Shown here piece by piece: positions 19,423 through 29,156 of a stretch of DNA of 64,000 bases. Under the pieces are notes generated by a model, which saw only the letters and a list, made by a program, of their open reading frames with translations, ran no database searches and was not told the origin of the DNA. Position 1 is the first letter of the stretch; each line of letters begins with the position of its first letter. Location: IMG/VR virus record IMGVR_UViG_3300023184_008808, positions 26,160-90,159 of that record. One strand, given 5' to 3'. The translations under genes were made by a program, and so were the position numbers. This stretch comes from a virus.

Positions 19423-20601
19423 TTGATCATGACATCTTTTATCACGATTGCAGCATCTTTGGTTGGATTATTTGCTTTCGTTCGTTACATCATTCTTGTT
19501 GAGGTGCGTGTTGATAGTAATACATACAAAATGATTTATGATTATTTTTTAAATGAATCTAAATTTATTGTTACCGAAGAATTCACAACAAAAGTGCGTC
19601 ATCCAATTCAATATACAATAATTAGCATGTCTAAAAAAGCACCGTGGTTTTATCTTAGTCATAACGAGCGTTTAATGCAAGCTGGTTGGCAATCTAAAGA
19701 TTTTGTAACTGTTATTACATGTATGCGTTGGAACTATAACACTTTAAGGCATTTTCTTAATGTTACTTTGAAAGAAATTGCTCTTGCCACAAATGGCGTT
19801 CCTGTTCAAATTTTATTGCCCTATCATGCTGATAAAATTGGTGCTCTTAAGAATCAAGCTCCAGAACCTATTGTTGATTCTTTTTTGTGGAAAGATATTG
19901 ATGAAGAGGTTTCTCAAGTGGTTGCTGGAAAACGACAAAAAACTGGAGCTTTGTTGTATGGCCCTCCGGGAAATGGAAAGACCAGTTTGGTTAAGTATCT
20001 TTGTACTAAATATCGATTGCCGATCATGATTTTTACTTTAGATCCTCAATGGAACAATCATGATTTGCTTTTAGTTTTTTCTAACATTCCTCCAAATTGC
20101 ATAGTTTTAATGGAAGACTTTGACAATTATTTCAAAGGCCGAGAATGTCTTTTTGGTGGTTCAGAAAAGAACATGGTGCGTTTCACTTATGATGTTATTT
20201 TGAATGGACTAGATGGTGTTTTTAACTCATACGAAGGTGTAATCTTCATCATGACAGTTAACAACATTGATCATGTTGATGCGGCACTTAAGGATCGCCC
20301 TAGTCGTTTTAAATATACAAAGAACTTTGGCAATCCTTCGTTGGAAGTGAGAAGAAAATTACTGAATGGAGATTGGGCAGATAAATCAGAAGGTCTTAAT
20401 CTTGATCAAATATTTCGCTTGCAAGAATATCAACGAGATGGCCACAGCTTTGTTGAATCCATGCGTAGATTAGAGCAAGAGTTAACTCCGCTTATTGAGC
20501 AAAAAGCTAAAAGCATTTATGAAAAAAGACTTTCTTTAGGTATTGATGGCACAGCAAATGAAGATTGGGTTAATGCTGAAAAAGAACTCACATTAAAGTA
20601 A
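19423..20601 (+). CDS. membrane-anchored AAA+ ATPase (BCS1-like)
   Basis: N-terminal TM; LLYGPPGNGKTS; LMEDFD; LNGLDG; DAALKDRPSR. Confidence 0.88.
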   Translation: MIMTSFITIAASLVGLFAFVRYIILVEVRVDSNTYKMIYDYFLNESKFIVTEEFTTKVRHPIQYTIISMSKKAPWFYLSHNERLMQAGWQSKDFVTVITCMRWNYNTLRHFLNVTLKEIALATNGVPVQILLPYHADKIGALKNQAPEPIVDSFLWKDIDEEVSQVVAGKRQKTGALLYGPPGNGKTSLVKYLCTKYRLPIMIFTLDPQWNNHDLLLVFSNIPPNCIVLMEDFDNYFKGRECLFGGSEKNMVRFTYDVILNGLDGVFNSYEGVIFIMTVNNIDHVDAALKDRPSRFKYTKNFGNPSLEVRRKLLNGDWADKSEGLNLDQIFRLQEYQRDGHSFVESMRRLEQELTPLIEQKAKSIYEKRLSLGIDGTANEDWVNAEKELTLK

Positions 20602-21496
20602 AGTCTATTGATTCAATTTCAAGAAGTGATTTCGGAAAAGAATCACCATTTGCAAATTCTGGATTTGTGCTTTTCATCCATTTCTCTTTGATGCGCTTTT
20701 GAATTGTTGGATTTTGAATGAAGAAGAATTCTACATCACGCTTATTTATGTTTTCTCTAAGAATGCTAAGTCCTGCATCGGCAAAAAGTTTTTTATATGA
20801 TTGAATTGGGTCAAAAAGTTTTTGCACTGGTTGAGTTTTTATGCCCATTTTGAGCAATTCTTCTTCATTAAATACAAGATGTATAAATGCTTTGTTGAGA
20901 TCTTTATAAGCATGTGCTCCATTGCGACTACACCAAGGGTGACAACGCACAAAAACTCTTCCGCTTTCACTTTTTATTGATTTAATTTTATTGAAGTTAA
21001 TATTTTCACAATGATCAATCACATCATTTAAAATGATGACATCATATGGCCCCATGTCAATCACATCTTGCCAATTGGTTGTATATTTTAAACAATCCAT
21101 TTTTTCAAAATCATTCCATTTATTATCTTTAAGATCAAATCCAATTGCCATTTGAGGAAAGAAAAGATTCGCTATAACAAATGGCAAATACCCAGAGCCA
21201 GTTCCAAAATCTAAAACTTTTTTATCTATAATATCAGATGTAACAAGAGTGCTGATAATATTGGAAGCTTGATTTACTTTATCTTCAAAGCTATTTTGGT
21301 TAATAAAATCAGCATCAACGGCTTCTGGCCAATCTTTTGATTTGCAAAGAATTCTAAGTTCTGTTATTTCTCGTAATCTATCCTCTTCGTTTTCAGGATT
21401 TTTTTGAAACACTCCTTTAGTTTCAGCTAAATTTTTCATAAAAGCAAGCATGCTTTCAAGCTGAGAGATAAAGGTGTTTATTGTTTTGATTTCCAT
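20588..21496 (-). CDS. class I SAM-dependent methyltransferase
   Basis: KKVLDFGTGSG; YDVIILNDVIDH; paralog of 61162..62079. Confidence 0.85.
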   Translation of the reverse strand: MEIKTINTFISQLESMLAFMKNLAETKGVFQKNPENEEDRLREITELRILCKSKDWPEAVDADFINQNSFEDKVNQASNIISTLVTSDIIDKKVLDFGTGSGYLPFVIANLFFPQMAIGFDLKDNKWNDFEKMDCLKYTTNWQDVIDMGPYDVIILNDVIDHCENINFNKIKSIKSESGRVFVRCHPWCSRNGAHAYKDLNKAFIHLVFNEEELLKMGIKTQPVQKLFDPIQSYKKLFADAGLSILRENINKRDVEFFFIQNPTIQKRIKEKWMKSTNPEFANGDSFPKSLLEIESIDFTLM

Positions 21497-21556
21497 GTTT
21501 TTGTTCTCTGTTACTTATCTTAAATTATAGTTTGTTTAATATGAATCGGGGTAGTT

Positions 21557-22087
21557 GTGGAAGATTTTCGTATTTCTTCGCCTTTTGTGTTGTCTGTTGT
21601 TTTTGATCTTACATCTCAACGAGAAGCAGGCGGTAAAAAGTATTTTGATATAATCGTTCAAAAACTTAGGGAATTTACCACAAATGGCTCACAAAACATT
21701 GTTTATGTAGCGCATCCAGATAATAAAATGCCTCGAAATGCTTCGGAAAGTCATGCTCAATTGATTCAATATGTTGAGCCAGTTTCTAGGTCAATGAGAG
21801 ATGAAATCAGGAGAGCAGTAACTACTATTGGTGAATATTCAGATGATGTTCGCAAACGAGTTATTTTTTTTACAGATAGATATAAATCTACTATGAGTTC
21901 ACAGTTTTTGTCTGGTTTTTTGGAGAACAAAGGAAGACACTATGATTGTGATATCATTCTTTGTGCAGTGGGAAATTATGCTGATTACAAAAATTTAGAA
22001 TCTTTGGCTTCTAAAAATGATGCAAAAGCAATAAAAGTCGTCACTGAAGAGCAAATCATCAATTTTTTAAAGAGGCTTGAAGACTAA
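21557..22087 (+). CDS. vWA-like hypothetical protein
   Basis: VVFDLTS and VIFFTD resemble a degenerate MIDAS/vWA fold. Confidence 0.5.
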   Translation: MEDFRISSPFVLSVVFDLTSQREAGGKKYFDIIVQKLREFTTNGSQNIVYVAHPDNKMPRNASESHAQLIQYVEPVSRSMRDEIRRAVTTIGEYSDDVRKRVIFFTDRYKSTMSSQFLSGFLENKGRHYDCDIILCAVGNYADYKNLESLASKNDAKAIKVVTEEQIINFLKRLED

Positions 22088-22866
22088 TGGCAGATATAGT
22101 AGCAATAAATCGAACTGTAGTTGCAGACAGTTTTAATATGCAGCCTGTTGAAATTATCATCCCTTTTTATAATCAGTCTACTAAAGTGGTGAATTTGATT
22201 CAGGATATTTTTTTGACTGTTCAGCGGAATCGTTATTTGATAACTTTGGTTGATGATGGATCTAAAAATCCAGATTTTATTAAGCAGTTAGAAGAAAAGA
22301 AAATTCCCGGTCTTCGCTTTATCATTCATGAAAAAAATAGTGGTTTTGGTGCCGCTGTTAACAATGCTTTAAGATATCCTTTTAGTGATAATATAAACTG
22401 GGTTTGCATACTTCATTCTGATGTGCGAATTAGTGATGCTAATTGGCTTTACAATCTTGGCACTTCGATGAATAAATTAAAAAGTAAAGGTGTAAAAATG
22501 ATAGCACCTTTAACAAACAACCCGGTTGTAGACAATCCATTGTTGAAAGCAGATAAGGCAACTTATAAGGATGATATTATTTTGACTGAAGGATTTTTAC
22601 CATTTTACTGTGTTTTTGCTCATAGACAATTGTTTAACACTGTTGGTTTATTGCCCGAATACCCATATGCAGGTGTGGAGGTCGAAGTTTATGCTAAGGC
22701 CATGAAGGAAAAGGGTTTTTTTCAAGCTGTTTGTAATTCTAGTTGGGTTCAGCATGAGGGTCGTGGAACACTTAAACATTTAGATAACAATAAAAAGGTG
22801 CAAGAAATATTGCGAAAAGTAAAAGAGTCTAAGCTTGAAAAGCCTGAAAATAAAGCACAAGAATAG
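22087..22866 (+). CDS. glycosyltransferase family 2
   Basis: IIIPFYN, LVDDGS, NSGFGAAVN, ILHSD, WVQHEG. Confidence 0.88.
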   Translation: MADIVAINRTVVADSFNMQPVEIIIPFYNQSTKVVNLIQDIFLTVQRNRYLITLVDDGSKNPDFIKQLEEKKIPGLRFIIHEKNSGFGAAVNNALRYPFSDNINWVCILHSDVRISDANWLYNLGTSMNKLKSKGVKMIAPLTNNPVVDNPLLKADKATYKDDIILTEGFLPFYCVFAHRQLFNTVGLLPEYPYAGVEVEVYAKAMKEKGFFQAVCNSSWVQHEGRGTLKHLDNNKKVQEILRKVKESKLEKPENKAQE

Positions 22867-22904
22867 TATATAATATGAGTTAAGCTTATAAAGGAGACAC
22901 TCTC

Positions 22905-23060
22905 ATGCGCTGCAAAAAAGATGACGGAACATATACAATGACTACTTGGAAATATTTCACAGCCCAATGTACTCGCAATCAACAGGCTTTAGGCATTTGC
23001 TCCGGTACTTCAGGTGCTTTTGTACCTGCAATTACCGTTTGTCTTCAAAGACTGTTCTAA
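22905..23060 (+). CDS. 51-aa Cys-containing peptide, not in ORF track
   Basis: SD AAGGAG; MRCKKDDGTYTMTTWKYFTAQCTRNQQALGICSGTSGAFVPAITVCLQRLF; followed by a terminator. Confidence 0.6.
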   Translation: MRCKKDDGTYTMTTWKYFTAQCTRNQQALGICSGTSGAFVPAITVCLQRLF

Positions 23061-23087
23061 TATAGAATAAAATGCCCCAATTACCTA

Positions 23088-23119
23088 GACGACCTACTTT
23101 AAAGTAGGTCGTTTTTTTT
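23088..23119 (+). terminator. intrinsic terminator
   Basis: GACGACCTACTTT/AAAGTAGGTCGTT plus T8. Confidence 0.85.
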
Positions 23120-23234
23120 GTTTCTAGTTGATCTTGATTTTGTTTTATTTTTAGATTAGGGTTTGCTATCTTTTGGTTTGCTTGACCAAAATTGCTTTTT
23201 TCATTTTAAATCATCAAGCGAAAGGATTTGTAAG

Positions 23235-23432
23235 ATGTTGCTTTTAAAGCGCAGAATCGATCAAAGCATTATGGTGGGGGATATGAAAGTTACCGTTATA
23301 AAGATAACTCAGAACGAAGTCATGTTGGGAATTGATGGTGATAGACGAGTAATTGTTCATCGTAAAGAAATTTACGATAAAATTCAAAAGGAAAACAATG
23401 TCAAAACCGAGAAGTTGCCCGCACTGTCATGA
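23235..23432 (+). CDS. csrA: carbon storage regulator CsrA homolog 1
   Basis: MLLLKRRIDQSIMVG..VTVI..VMLGI..VHRKEIYDKIQ; SD AAGGA. Confidence 0.88.
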   Translation: MLLLKRRIDQSIMVGDMKVTVIKITQNEVMLGIDGDRRVIVHRKEIYDKIQKENNVKTEKLPALS

Positions 23433-23751
23433 AATTTTACCAATCAGCAATGGCTTTACTTTTGACCATACATTGAACCTAGTTTGTTCCTCTTGTAGCA
23501 AAGTTGTTTATCAAGCTCAACAGGTGTCAATCTCAAGGAATGAGGGTTTAAATAGTGATTTCAATAATAACGCAGATATACAACTATCTGAACAAGGAGC
23601 TTTTTGCAGGGAGTTTGTCCTCACCTCAAATTCAATATCGAATGAATCGCAAATATGCGATGCGGTGGGAGAGCGAGACGAACATCTTGCACATAGGGGC
23701 CGATTTCATCGATTTAAATCTTATAAACACTGGAATCTTCTTAATCCATGA
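23398..23751 (+). CDS. Zn-ribbon protein overlapping both neighbours
   Basis: SD AAGGA; CPHC..CSSC; long 3' overlap with the SprT-like gene. Confidence 0.5.
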   Translation: MSKPRSCPHCHEILPISNGFTFDHTLNLVCSSCSKVVYQAQQVSISRNEGLNSDFNNNADIQLSEQGAFCREFVLTSNSISNESQICDAVGERDEHLAHRGRFHRFKSYKHWNLLNP

Positions 23752-24187
23752 AATGGTTCATATCTTAAATAAAAATAAGAACATTGTTGATGTTTCTGCC
23801 AACCAATATCACAAATTGGAATTTGCTTCTGTTGCAGCAAACCTTGGATTCTATGTTTTGCGACACAAAACTCAAGGCTGGAGCATCACTCAAACAAATA
23901 TACCTTCTTCTTTAAAAGAGGATCATATTGATCCTGTTCCAGAAAAATTAAATAAACTTATCTTTGTTCTTAAAAATATTCCAGTTAGTGTAAAGAATTT
24001 TGAAAAACAAATGAAGAATTTTATTGATTTAAGGAATCAATCTAAGCCAATAAAGTCTTTCTTTTTAAAATACCAATGTCAATGTCCTCCGCCATATAAC
24101 AGCATTCGATCTGGCCGTCGCCCAGATAGTCCAAATGCTCCTGAAGTTTTTTGTAAAAAATGTCAATCTGACTTTGTTTGTTCTTAG
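23555..24187 (+). CDS. SprT-like zinc metalloprotease domain protein
   Basis: YNYLNKELF..L, LIHEMVH, YH..F, C-terminal YQCQC..CKKC. Confidence 0.8.
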   Translation: MISIITQIYNYLNKELFAGSLSSPQIQYRMNRKYAMRWESETNILHIGADFIDLNLINTGIFLIHEMVHILNKNKNIVDVSANQYHKLEFASVAANLGFYVLRHKTQGWSITQTNIPSSLKEDHIDPVPEKLNKLIFVLKNIPVSVKNFEKQMKNFIDLRNQSKPIKSFFLKYQCQCPPPYNSIRSGRRPDSPNAPEVFCKKCQSDFVCS

Positions 24188-24540
24188 TGAATGCTAGCTT
24201 CTGGATCAAATCGTTTTATGATTTTTATGTAAATGATATACAAAAGAATAGTAGTAATGGTAAATTCAAGGAAACTGCCAATGAATTTACCAATTTCAAA
24301 GTCCATACCATTAGTCGGGCTAAAAATTAACAGTCTCCAATCGCCGCCAGTTGCTGTTACTGTAAATTTTATGATTGGCATGATGATAGATTCAGAGATT
24401 GCCGTCACAAATTTTTGCATAGAATTTGCCATGATTAGTGCAAGAGCCATGGCAAACAAGTTTTTACCAAAGGCAAATTTCTTGTAATCGTTAAATTCTT
24501 GCTGAATTTTCTCGGTGTTTACAAACTTTTTTTCTTCCAT
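24184..24540 (-). CDS. mscL: MscL family mechanosensitive channel
   Basis: KKFAFGKNLFAMALALIM..FVTAISESIIMPII..IGKFIGSFLEF. Confidence 0.8.
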   Translation of the reverse strand: MEEKKFVNTEKIQQEFNDYKKFAFGKNLFAMALALIMANSMQKFVTAISESIIMPIIKFTVTATGGDWRLLIFSPTNGMDFEIGKFIGSFLEFTITTILLYIIYIKIIKRFDPEASIH

Positions 24541-24561
24541 GTTTTATTTACGACAGACAGC

Positions 24562-24590
24562 TTTACAAAAAATAACTTCTTAGGTAAGAT
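24562..24590 (+). promoter_or_regulatory. sigma70-like early promoter
   Basis: TTTACA-17 nt-TAAGAT. Confidence 0.6.
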
Positions 24591-24721
24591 CACTTCATGT
24601 AATCGTCCAGAGCGAGGTGATGGAGCCTCGCTGTCTGACACGCCGCCTGTTTAGGCGTCAAATTTACCTTTGGAGTGTTTCCAAGGGAGTTTCGTGTGTC
24701 CATTCGTTAAGGATAACAAGT

Positions 24722-25969
24722 ATGATGAAGAATATTGATTCGCAAGATTTCCCAATGCAGCGTTTACCTCAAGGATGTAAACATTTATATGGAAATCTTT
24801 TCATGGTTCCTTTTAGTGCCATCAAAACCCCTGATGCAAAAGAATCATCAGAAGGTTCATATAAATTTAAAAATCCTCGAATGTTGGTAGAACGGGGACA
24901 AGCAGATTTGCTTGATAAAAAGCTTTGTAAAGATTTACGGGATAGTATCAAACATCGAACTTTGCTTAATCCACTCGTTTGTCGTTGGGTTGAAGATGGC
25001 GAAAAGCTTGTTCCAATGATCCTTGGTGGAGATCGTCGTTATCGTTCCCTTGATTATCTTATTCGCAAAAAAGAAGAAGTTACTGATCCACGAGGTGTTT
25101 CCGTTGAAAATGGAACATGGACTTATCAGAAAATTACAGCTGATCAAGCTTATGAATATGTTCTGTGCCAAGTTTTTGCAGTCAGTGATGATCTTGAAGC
25201 TCTTGCCCTTTCTTGGGCAGAGAACAAGACTCGTATTAACTTGACAGATGGTCATGAAATTGCAGAAGTCATTAAATTGCGTGAAGCTAATGCTACTGAT
25301 GGTCAAATTCTTGACATTTTACAACAAGACCAAAAATGGCTTGCAGAAACTGATCGTTTGATCGATGGTCTTGATTCAAATAGTCTTGCCGATCTTTTGG
25401 AAGGTCGAATTGATCGTGGTTCTGCTGAGGAACTCGTCAAAATTGAAGATGTCGAAATGCGTAATCAAGTTCGAACTATGGCTACCGAGGCTGCTGCCGA
25501 AACTTGTGAACGCAAAATTGAGCGAATTAAGAAAAAAATGGATAAGTCTATGGAAGCCTTAGAATTGGCAGAAGGCTCTGTAGCCTTTGCTTCTAGTGAA
25601 GAAGACTTAAATGATGCAAATAACGACCTTTCTCTTGCAAAGGCAGATGTTCGTAAATTAACTGACAAAGCTAAAGAAGTTCGTCCTGTAGCAACAGCTA
25701 AGCATATTAGAAGTGCCGCAGAACAAATGGGTGGCAGTACTCCTCGAAAAAGGGCTAAAACTGAATCTGCTTCTAAATTAAAAGGTTTAAGTATTAAAAA
25801 AGGTGTTGAATATATCAACGGTTTAATTCGAAATAATGGTTCTTGTCATAGTGGGACTTTTAAAGCTCATATTGATGCTTTGCGTTTAGTTAACAAATTG
25901 TTAACTGAAAATGTTTTGACAGGAAATGATGATTGGGAAAGCACTTTGCGTAATCACTACGGAAAGTAA
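24722..25969 (+). CDS. ParB/Srx N-terminal domain protein
   Basis: NPR, LRDSIK..LLNPLVC, ILGGDRRYRS, AEN..R..LT; start placed after SD AAGGA. Confidence 0.8.
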   Translation: MMKNIDSQDFPMQRLPQGCKHLYGNLFMVPFSAIKTPDAKESSEGSYKFKNPRMLVERGQADLLDKKLCKDLRDSIKHRTLLNPLVCRWVEDGEKLVPMILGGDRRYRSLDYLIRKKEEVTDPRGVSVENGTWTYQKITADQAYEYVLCQVFAVSDDLEALALSWAENKTRINLTDGHEIAEVIKLREANATDGQILDILQQDQKWLAETDRLIDGLDSNSLADLLEGRIDRGSAEELVKIEDVEMRNQVRTMATEAAAETCERKIERIKKKMDKSMEALELAEGSVAFASSEEDLNDANNDLSLAKADVRKLTDKAKEVRPVATAKHIRSAAEQMGGSTPRKRAKTESASKLKGLSIKKGVEYINGLIRNNGSCHSGTFKAHIDALRLVNKLLTENVLTGNDDWESTLRNHYGK

Positions 25970-25989
25970 TTAAGTTTTTTAAAAAATAT

Positions 25990-26028
25990 AAGATAAAGCT
26001 CGGTTTTAATATCGAGCTTTATCTTTTT
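25990..26028 (+). terminator. intrinsic terminator
   Basis: AAGATAAAGCTCG...CGAGCTTTATCTT plus T tract. Confidence 0.8.
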
Positions 26029-26052
26029 GTTTTTTAAGGCATACATAATTTA

Positions 26053-26364
26053 ATGATCCAAGTTTGTCCGCATTGCGGCTACCAACTTCAGCATATCTTA
26101 AAAGATGGGCTCACAAATTGCTCCCATTGCAATCAGGTTTTTGATTCTAGCGATTTAAATCAATTATTATCAGCAGCTTGGCATATTCGTCGTCAAAATT
26201 GGTCTCTTGAGCAATTAAAATGGCATTTAAAAATAGACGATGCTCTAGCTATACTTGTTTATACATTTGTTTCTGATCATGGCTATACTCACGAAGAGTT
26301 TTTAAATTTATTGAAAAAACTCGGAGTAGCACATAAGTCATATATCAAATATAACAACGAATAA
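26053..26364 (+). CDS. Zn-ribbon hypothetical protein
   Basis: CPHC..CSHC. Confidence 0.75.
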   Translation: MIQVCPHCGYQLQHILKDGLTNCSHCNQVFDSSDLNQLLSAAWHIRRQNWSLEQLKWHLKIDDALAILVYTFVSDHGYTHEEFLNLLKKLGVAHKSYIKYNNE

Positions 26365-26412
26365 AAGAAACCCCTATAAAAGGGGTTATATTATCAATAT
26401 AAATTTAAAAAA

Positions 26413-26634
26413 TCATGCTGTTTCTGCTGAAATTTGCCCAATAGGAGCACGAGGGTCAATCTCGATGTTATTTCCTTCAAGTTCTGAACGCAACACAGTG
26501 ATCTTTTTATCAGCTTCAATGCCTATTCTGACCTTGTTGCGATTATCAATACGGACCACGGTGATTTTGATATCTTCCATGCCGGGGCCTTTAAGAATAA
26601 TCGTTTCATCCTTTTTTCGACTTAGTACGAGCAT
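26413..26634 (-). CDS. csrA: carbon storage regulator CsrA homolog 2
   Basis: MLVLSRKKDETIIL..IKITVVRI..KVRIGIEA..VLRSEL; SD AAGGA. Confidence 0.92.
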   Translation of the reverse strand: MLVLSRKKDETIILKGPGMEDIKITVVRIDNRNKVRIGIEADKKITVLRSELEGNNIEIDPRAPIGQISAETA

Positions 26635-26862
26635 TTTACTTCCTTTCGTGCCTGATTCCTTGAGCCAAGCTGTACTCACTATCTAAGGAGTTAGTTATCG
26701 ATTTTTTTTATTGATATGGACAGTATTTTTATTTTTTGCTATACAATCAAAGTAAATAGGCGTTTAATAATATTGATGACTCATCGGGAGAGTTATCAAA
26801 TGTGTTGTTAGTATTTGTCCGTGACTAACAGCATTTCAGGTACGGACGGGAATAGGTGCAAT

Positions 26863-27324
26863 ATGTCTCAGTGGCAAAATCAGTTGAATGCGTTGAAGAT
26901 TGAGATCGAAACTAAGTCAAAGCAATTGGCTCTTATTGAGCAGTTAATTGCTTTGGAAGCTAAACATACTCATGGTGAGGATGTAAAGGATCTTCCTGTT
27001 TTTGGTGCTACTGCTAATGATAGTGACGAAGATAATGAGAAGACCAGCAAGCGACGAGTTGCTAATCTTTCAAAGCTTCGCCGAGAACTTTCTGATAATG
27101 AAAAGAATATGAAGCTTCCTTCACTTCTTATTATGCTTGGTCAGCAAAACGCTGGTCGTTCTGTCACTTATAAAGAGCTTGCCGAAATGGTGCAAGAATC
27201 TGGATATTCAACCGAGTCGAAGAATTTTAGCAACATGGTTTATCAGAGCTTACAAAAGCTTGTTAATCGTGGTTTTTATACAAAGAATGATGAAACTCGT
27301 GAATATCAATATGTTGGAAAATAA
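26863..27324 (+). CDS. coiled-coil plus winged-helix-like DNA-binding protein
   Basis: N-terminal coiled coil; YKELAEMVQESGY..NFSNMVYQSLQKL..Y. Confidence 0.65.
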   Translation: MSQWQNQLNALKIEIETKSKQLALIEQLIALEAKHTHGEDVKDLPVFGATANDSDEDNEKTSKRRVANLSKLRRELSDNEKNMKLPSLLIMLGQQNAGRSVTYKELAEMVQESGYSTESKNFSNMVYQSLQKLVNRGFYTKNDETREYQYVGK

Positions 27325-27359
27325 TTACCTTTTTAACCTTTTTAATGAGGAAGTGTCAT

Positions 27360-27731
27360 ATGGAAAATTCAGAAAAGAAAATCATAAAAACACATTTTGT
27401 TAGAGATGTCTTGGAAAGGATCGGGGCTTTTGATAAAAATTGCCCTGATGATTGGCGTCAACAGGTAATTCAAGCTTTACAGAATGAAGGAATCCAAATG
27501 CATCCTAATGCCATATATGGGGTGCGTCAGAGGGCTATGAACAAGATGAAGCAATTGCATCGAGTTTTGAGCCGAAAAAAACAACATGGTCAAGATGCTT
27601 TGTTTGATTCTCGAAATTCTAAACAGCTTACAATTGCTGATTTACTTGCGTTTCAGCAATTTTCTAAAAGTTTTGGTGGAATTGATAAGGTTAAAAATGC
27701 CATTAGAGCTATGGAGGCTTTAATTCAATAA
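27360..27731 (+). CDS. hypothetical protein
   Basis: C-terminal LTIADLL..FGGIDKVKNAI pattern; SD GAGGA. Confidence 0.7.
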   Translation: MENSEKKIIKTHFVRDVLERIGAFDKNCPDDWRQQVIQALQNEGIQMHPNAIYGVRQRAMNKMKQLHRVLSRKKQHGQDALFDSRNSKQLTIADLLAFQQFSKSFGGIDKVKNAIRAMEALIQ

Positions 27732-27753
27732 TTTTAACCTAAAACAATTAAAT

Positions 27754-27781
27754 AAAGGGCGCTCTTTGAGCGCCTTTTTTT
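27754..27781 (+). terminator. intrinsic terminator
   Basis: GGGCGCTC-TTT-GAGCGCCT plus T run. Confidence 0.8.
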
Positions 27782-27870
27782 ATTTTTAGGCACTATTTAA
27801 ATATTGGCGTGTATTTATTTTAGATTTTTTGGTATAGTACTTTCGTTCAACATGTCTTTTTGAGGTTAGC

Positions 27871-29142
27871 ATGAGTAAAAAGAAAAGCCCAGTCTGTGAT
27901 TACTGTGGCAAACCCAGTTCTCAGGTTGGCCTATTAGTAGAAAGTCCTGTCTCTGATAAAGAACAAAATGGACGACCTGCTGGTGGTAAGGTTTATATTT
28001 GTGGCAGTTGTGTTGATATATGCCAAACTATGGTTGTTCAAAAGATGAAATCTCCTTCTTTAACATTTATTTCTAATCATATTCCTTCTCCCAAGCAAAT
28101 TGTTGCTTATCTTGATAAGTCTATCATTGGACAAGATAGTGCTAAAAAAGCTTTGGCTGTAGCCATTACAAATCATTACAAAAGACTTCAAGATAATAAT
28201 TTAGATCGGGATGATGATCTTTTTGCTGATGTTACTCTTGAAAAAAGCAATATTCTTCTCATCGGTCCAACTGGTTGTGGCAAAACATCTCTTGCTCGCA
28301 CATTAGCACACATATTAAAAGTTCCATTTGCAATTGGTGATGCAACCACATTGACAGAGGCGGGTTATGTTGGCGAAGATGTAGAAAATCTTGTTTTAAA
28401 ATTATTACGAGAGGCAGATTTTAAAGTTGAATTGGCTCAAACTGGAATTATTTTTTTAGATGAGTTAGACAAAATTGGTAAAACTTCACAAAATGTTTCG
28501 ATTACTAGAGATGTAAGCGGTGAAGGAGTTCAACAAGCTTTGTTGAAAATGCTTGAAGGCACAACTTGTAATGTTCCACCGGGAGGGGGCAGGAAACATC
28601 CCGAACAACAATACATTCAAATTGATACAACAAACATTTTATTTATTTGTGGCGGTGCTTTTGTTGGTCTCGATGAGATTATTCGTCGTCGTATTGGCAA
28701 AGCCACCATGGGTTTTAATCCCTCTGCAAAAAAAGATGAAAACGAATGGATTTTGGAATATGTAACCGAGGACGATCTTATTGAGTATGGTCTTATTCCT
28801 GAAATTATTGGTCGTCTTCCTGTTATTACTCCTTTGAAGGGTCTTGATGAAGAAGCGATGATTAAGATATTGACTGAACCAAAAGATGCTTTAGTCAAAC
28901 AATATCAGAAAATGTGTCATAAAGATAATGTTAAACTAATGTTTACAAACGAGGCATTGTCTTTGATTGCTAAAAAGGCTATAGATAAAGGCACTGGAGC
29001 TCGTGGTCTCAGAAGCGTCATGGAAAGTTTCATGATAGAAATTATGTACCATTTATCAGATCATGATGGAGAAAGCGTTGTAGTAACAAAAGAAGTCGTT
29101 GAAGGTGGAACAGCTATTTTTACAAAAAATAGAGCAGCTTAA
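27871..29142 (+). CDS. clpX: ATP-dependent Clp protease ATP-binding subunit ClpX
   Basis: Zn finger CDYC..CGSC; [15 protein letters not shown]; [11 protein letters not shown]; [14 protein letters not shown]; GRKHP; TGARGLRS. Confidence 0.97.
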   Translation: MSKKKSPVCDYCGKPSSQVGLLVESPVSDKEQNGRPAGGKVYICGSCVDICQTMVVQKMKSPSLTFISNHIPSPKQIVAYLDKSIIGQDSAKKALAVAITNHYKRLQDNNLDRDDDLFADVTLEKSNILLIGPTGCGKTSLARTLAHILKVPFAIGDATTLTEAGYVGEDVENLVLKLLREADFKVELAQTGIIFLDELDKIGKTSQNVSITRDVSGEGVQQALLKMLEGTTCNVPPGGGRKHPEQQYIQIDTTNILFICGGAFVGLDEIIRRRIGKATMGFNPSAKKDENEWILEYVTEDDLIEYGLIPEIIGRLPVITPLKGLDEEAMIKILTEPKDALVKQYQKMCHKDNVKLMFTNEALSLIAKKAIDKGTGARGLRSVMESFMIEIMYHLSDHDGESVVVTKEVVEGGTAIFTKNRAA

Positions 29143-29156
29143 CTCTGGTATCTTAA

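Noticed and set aside
24615-24660. Fluoride riboswitch (GGTGATGGAG start)
   Set aside because: The 3' GAUGACUCC pseudoknot partner is absent, and the segment folds as a simple hairpin.
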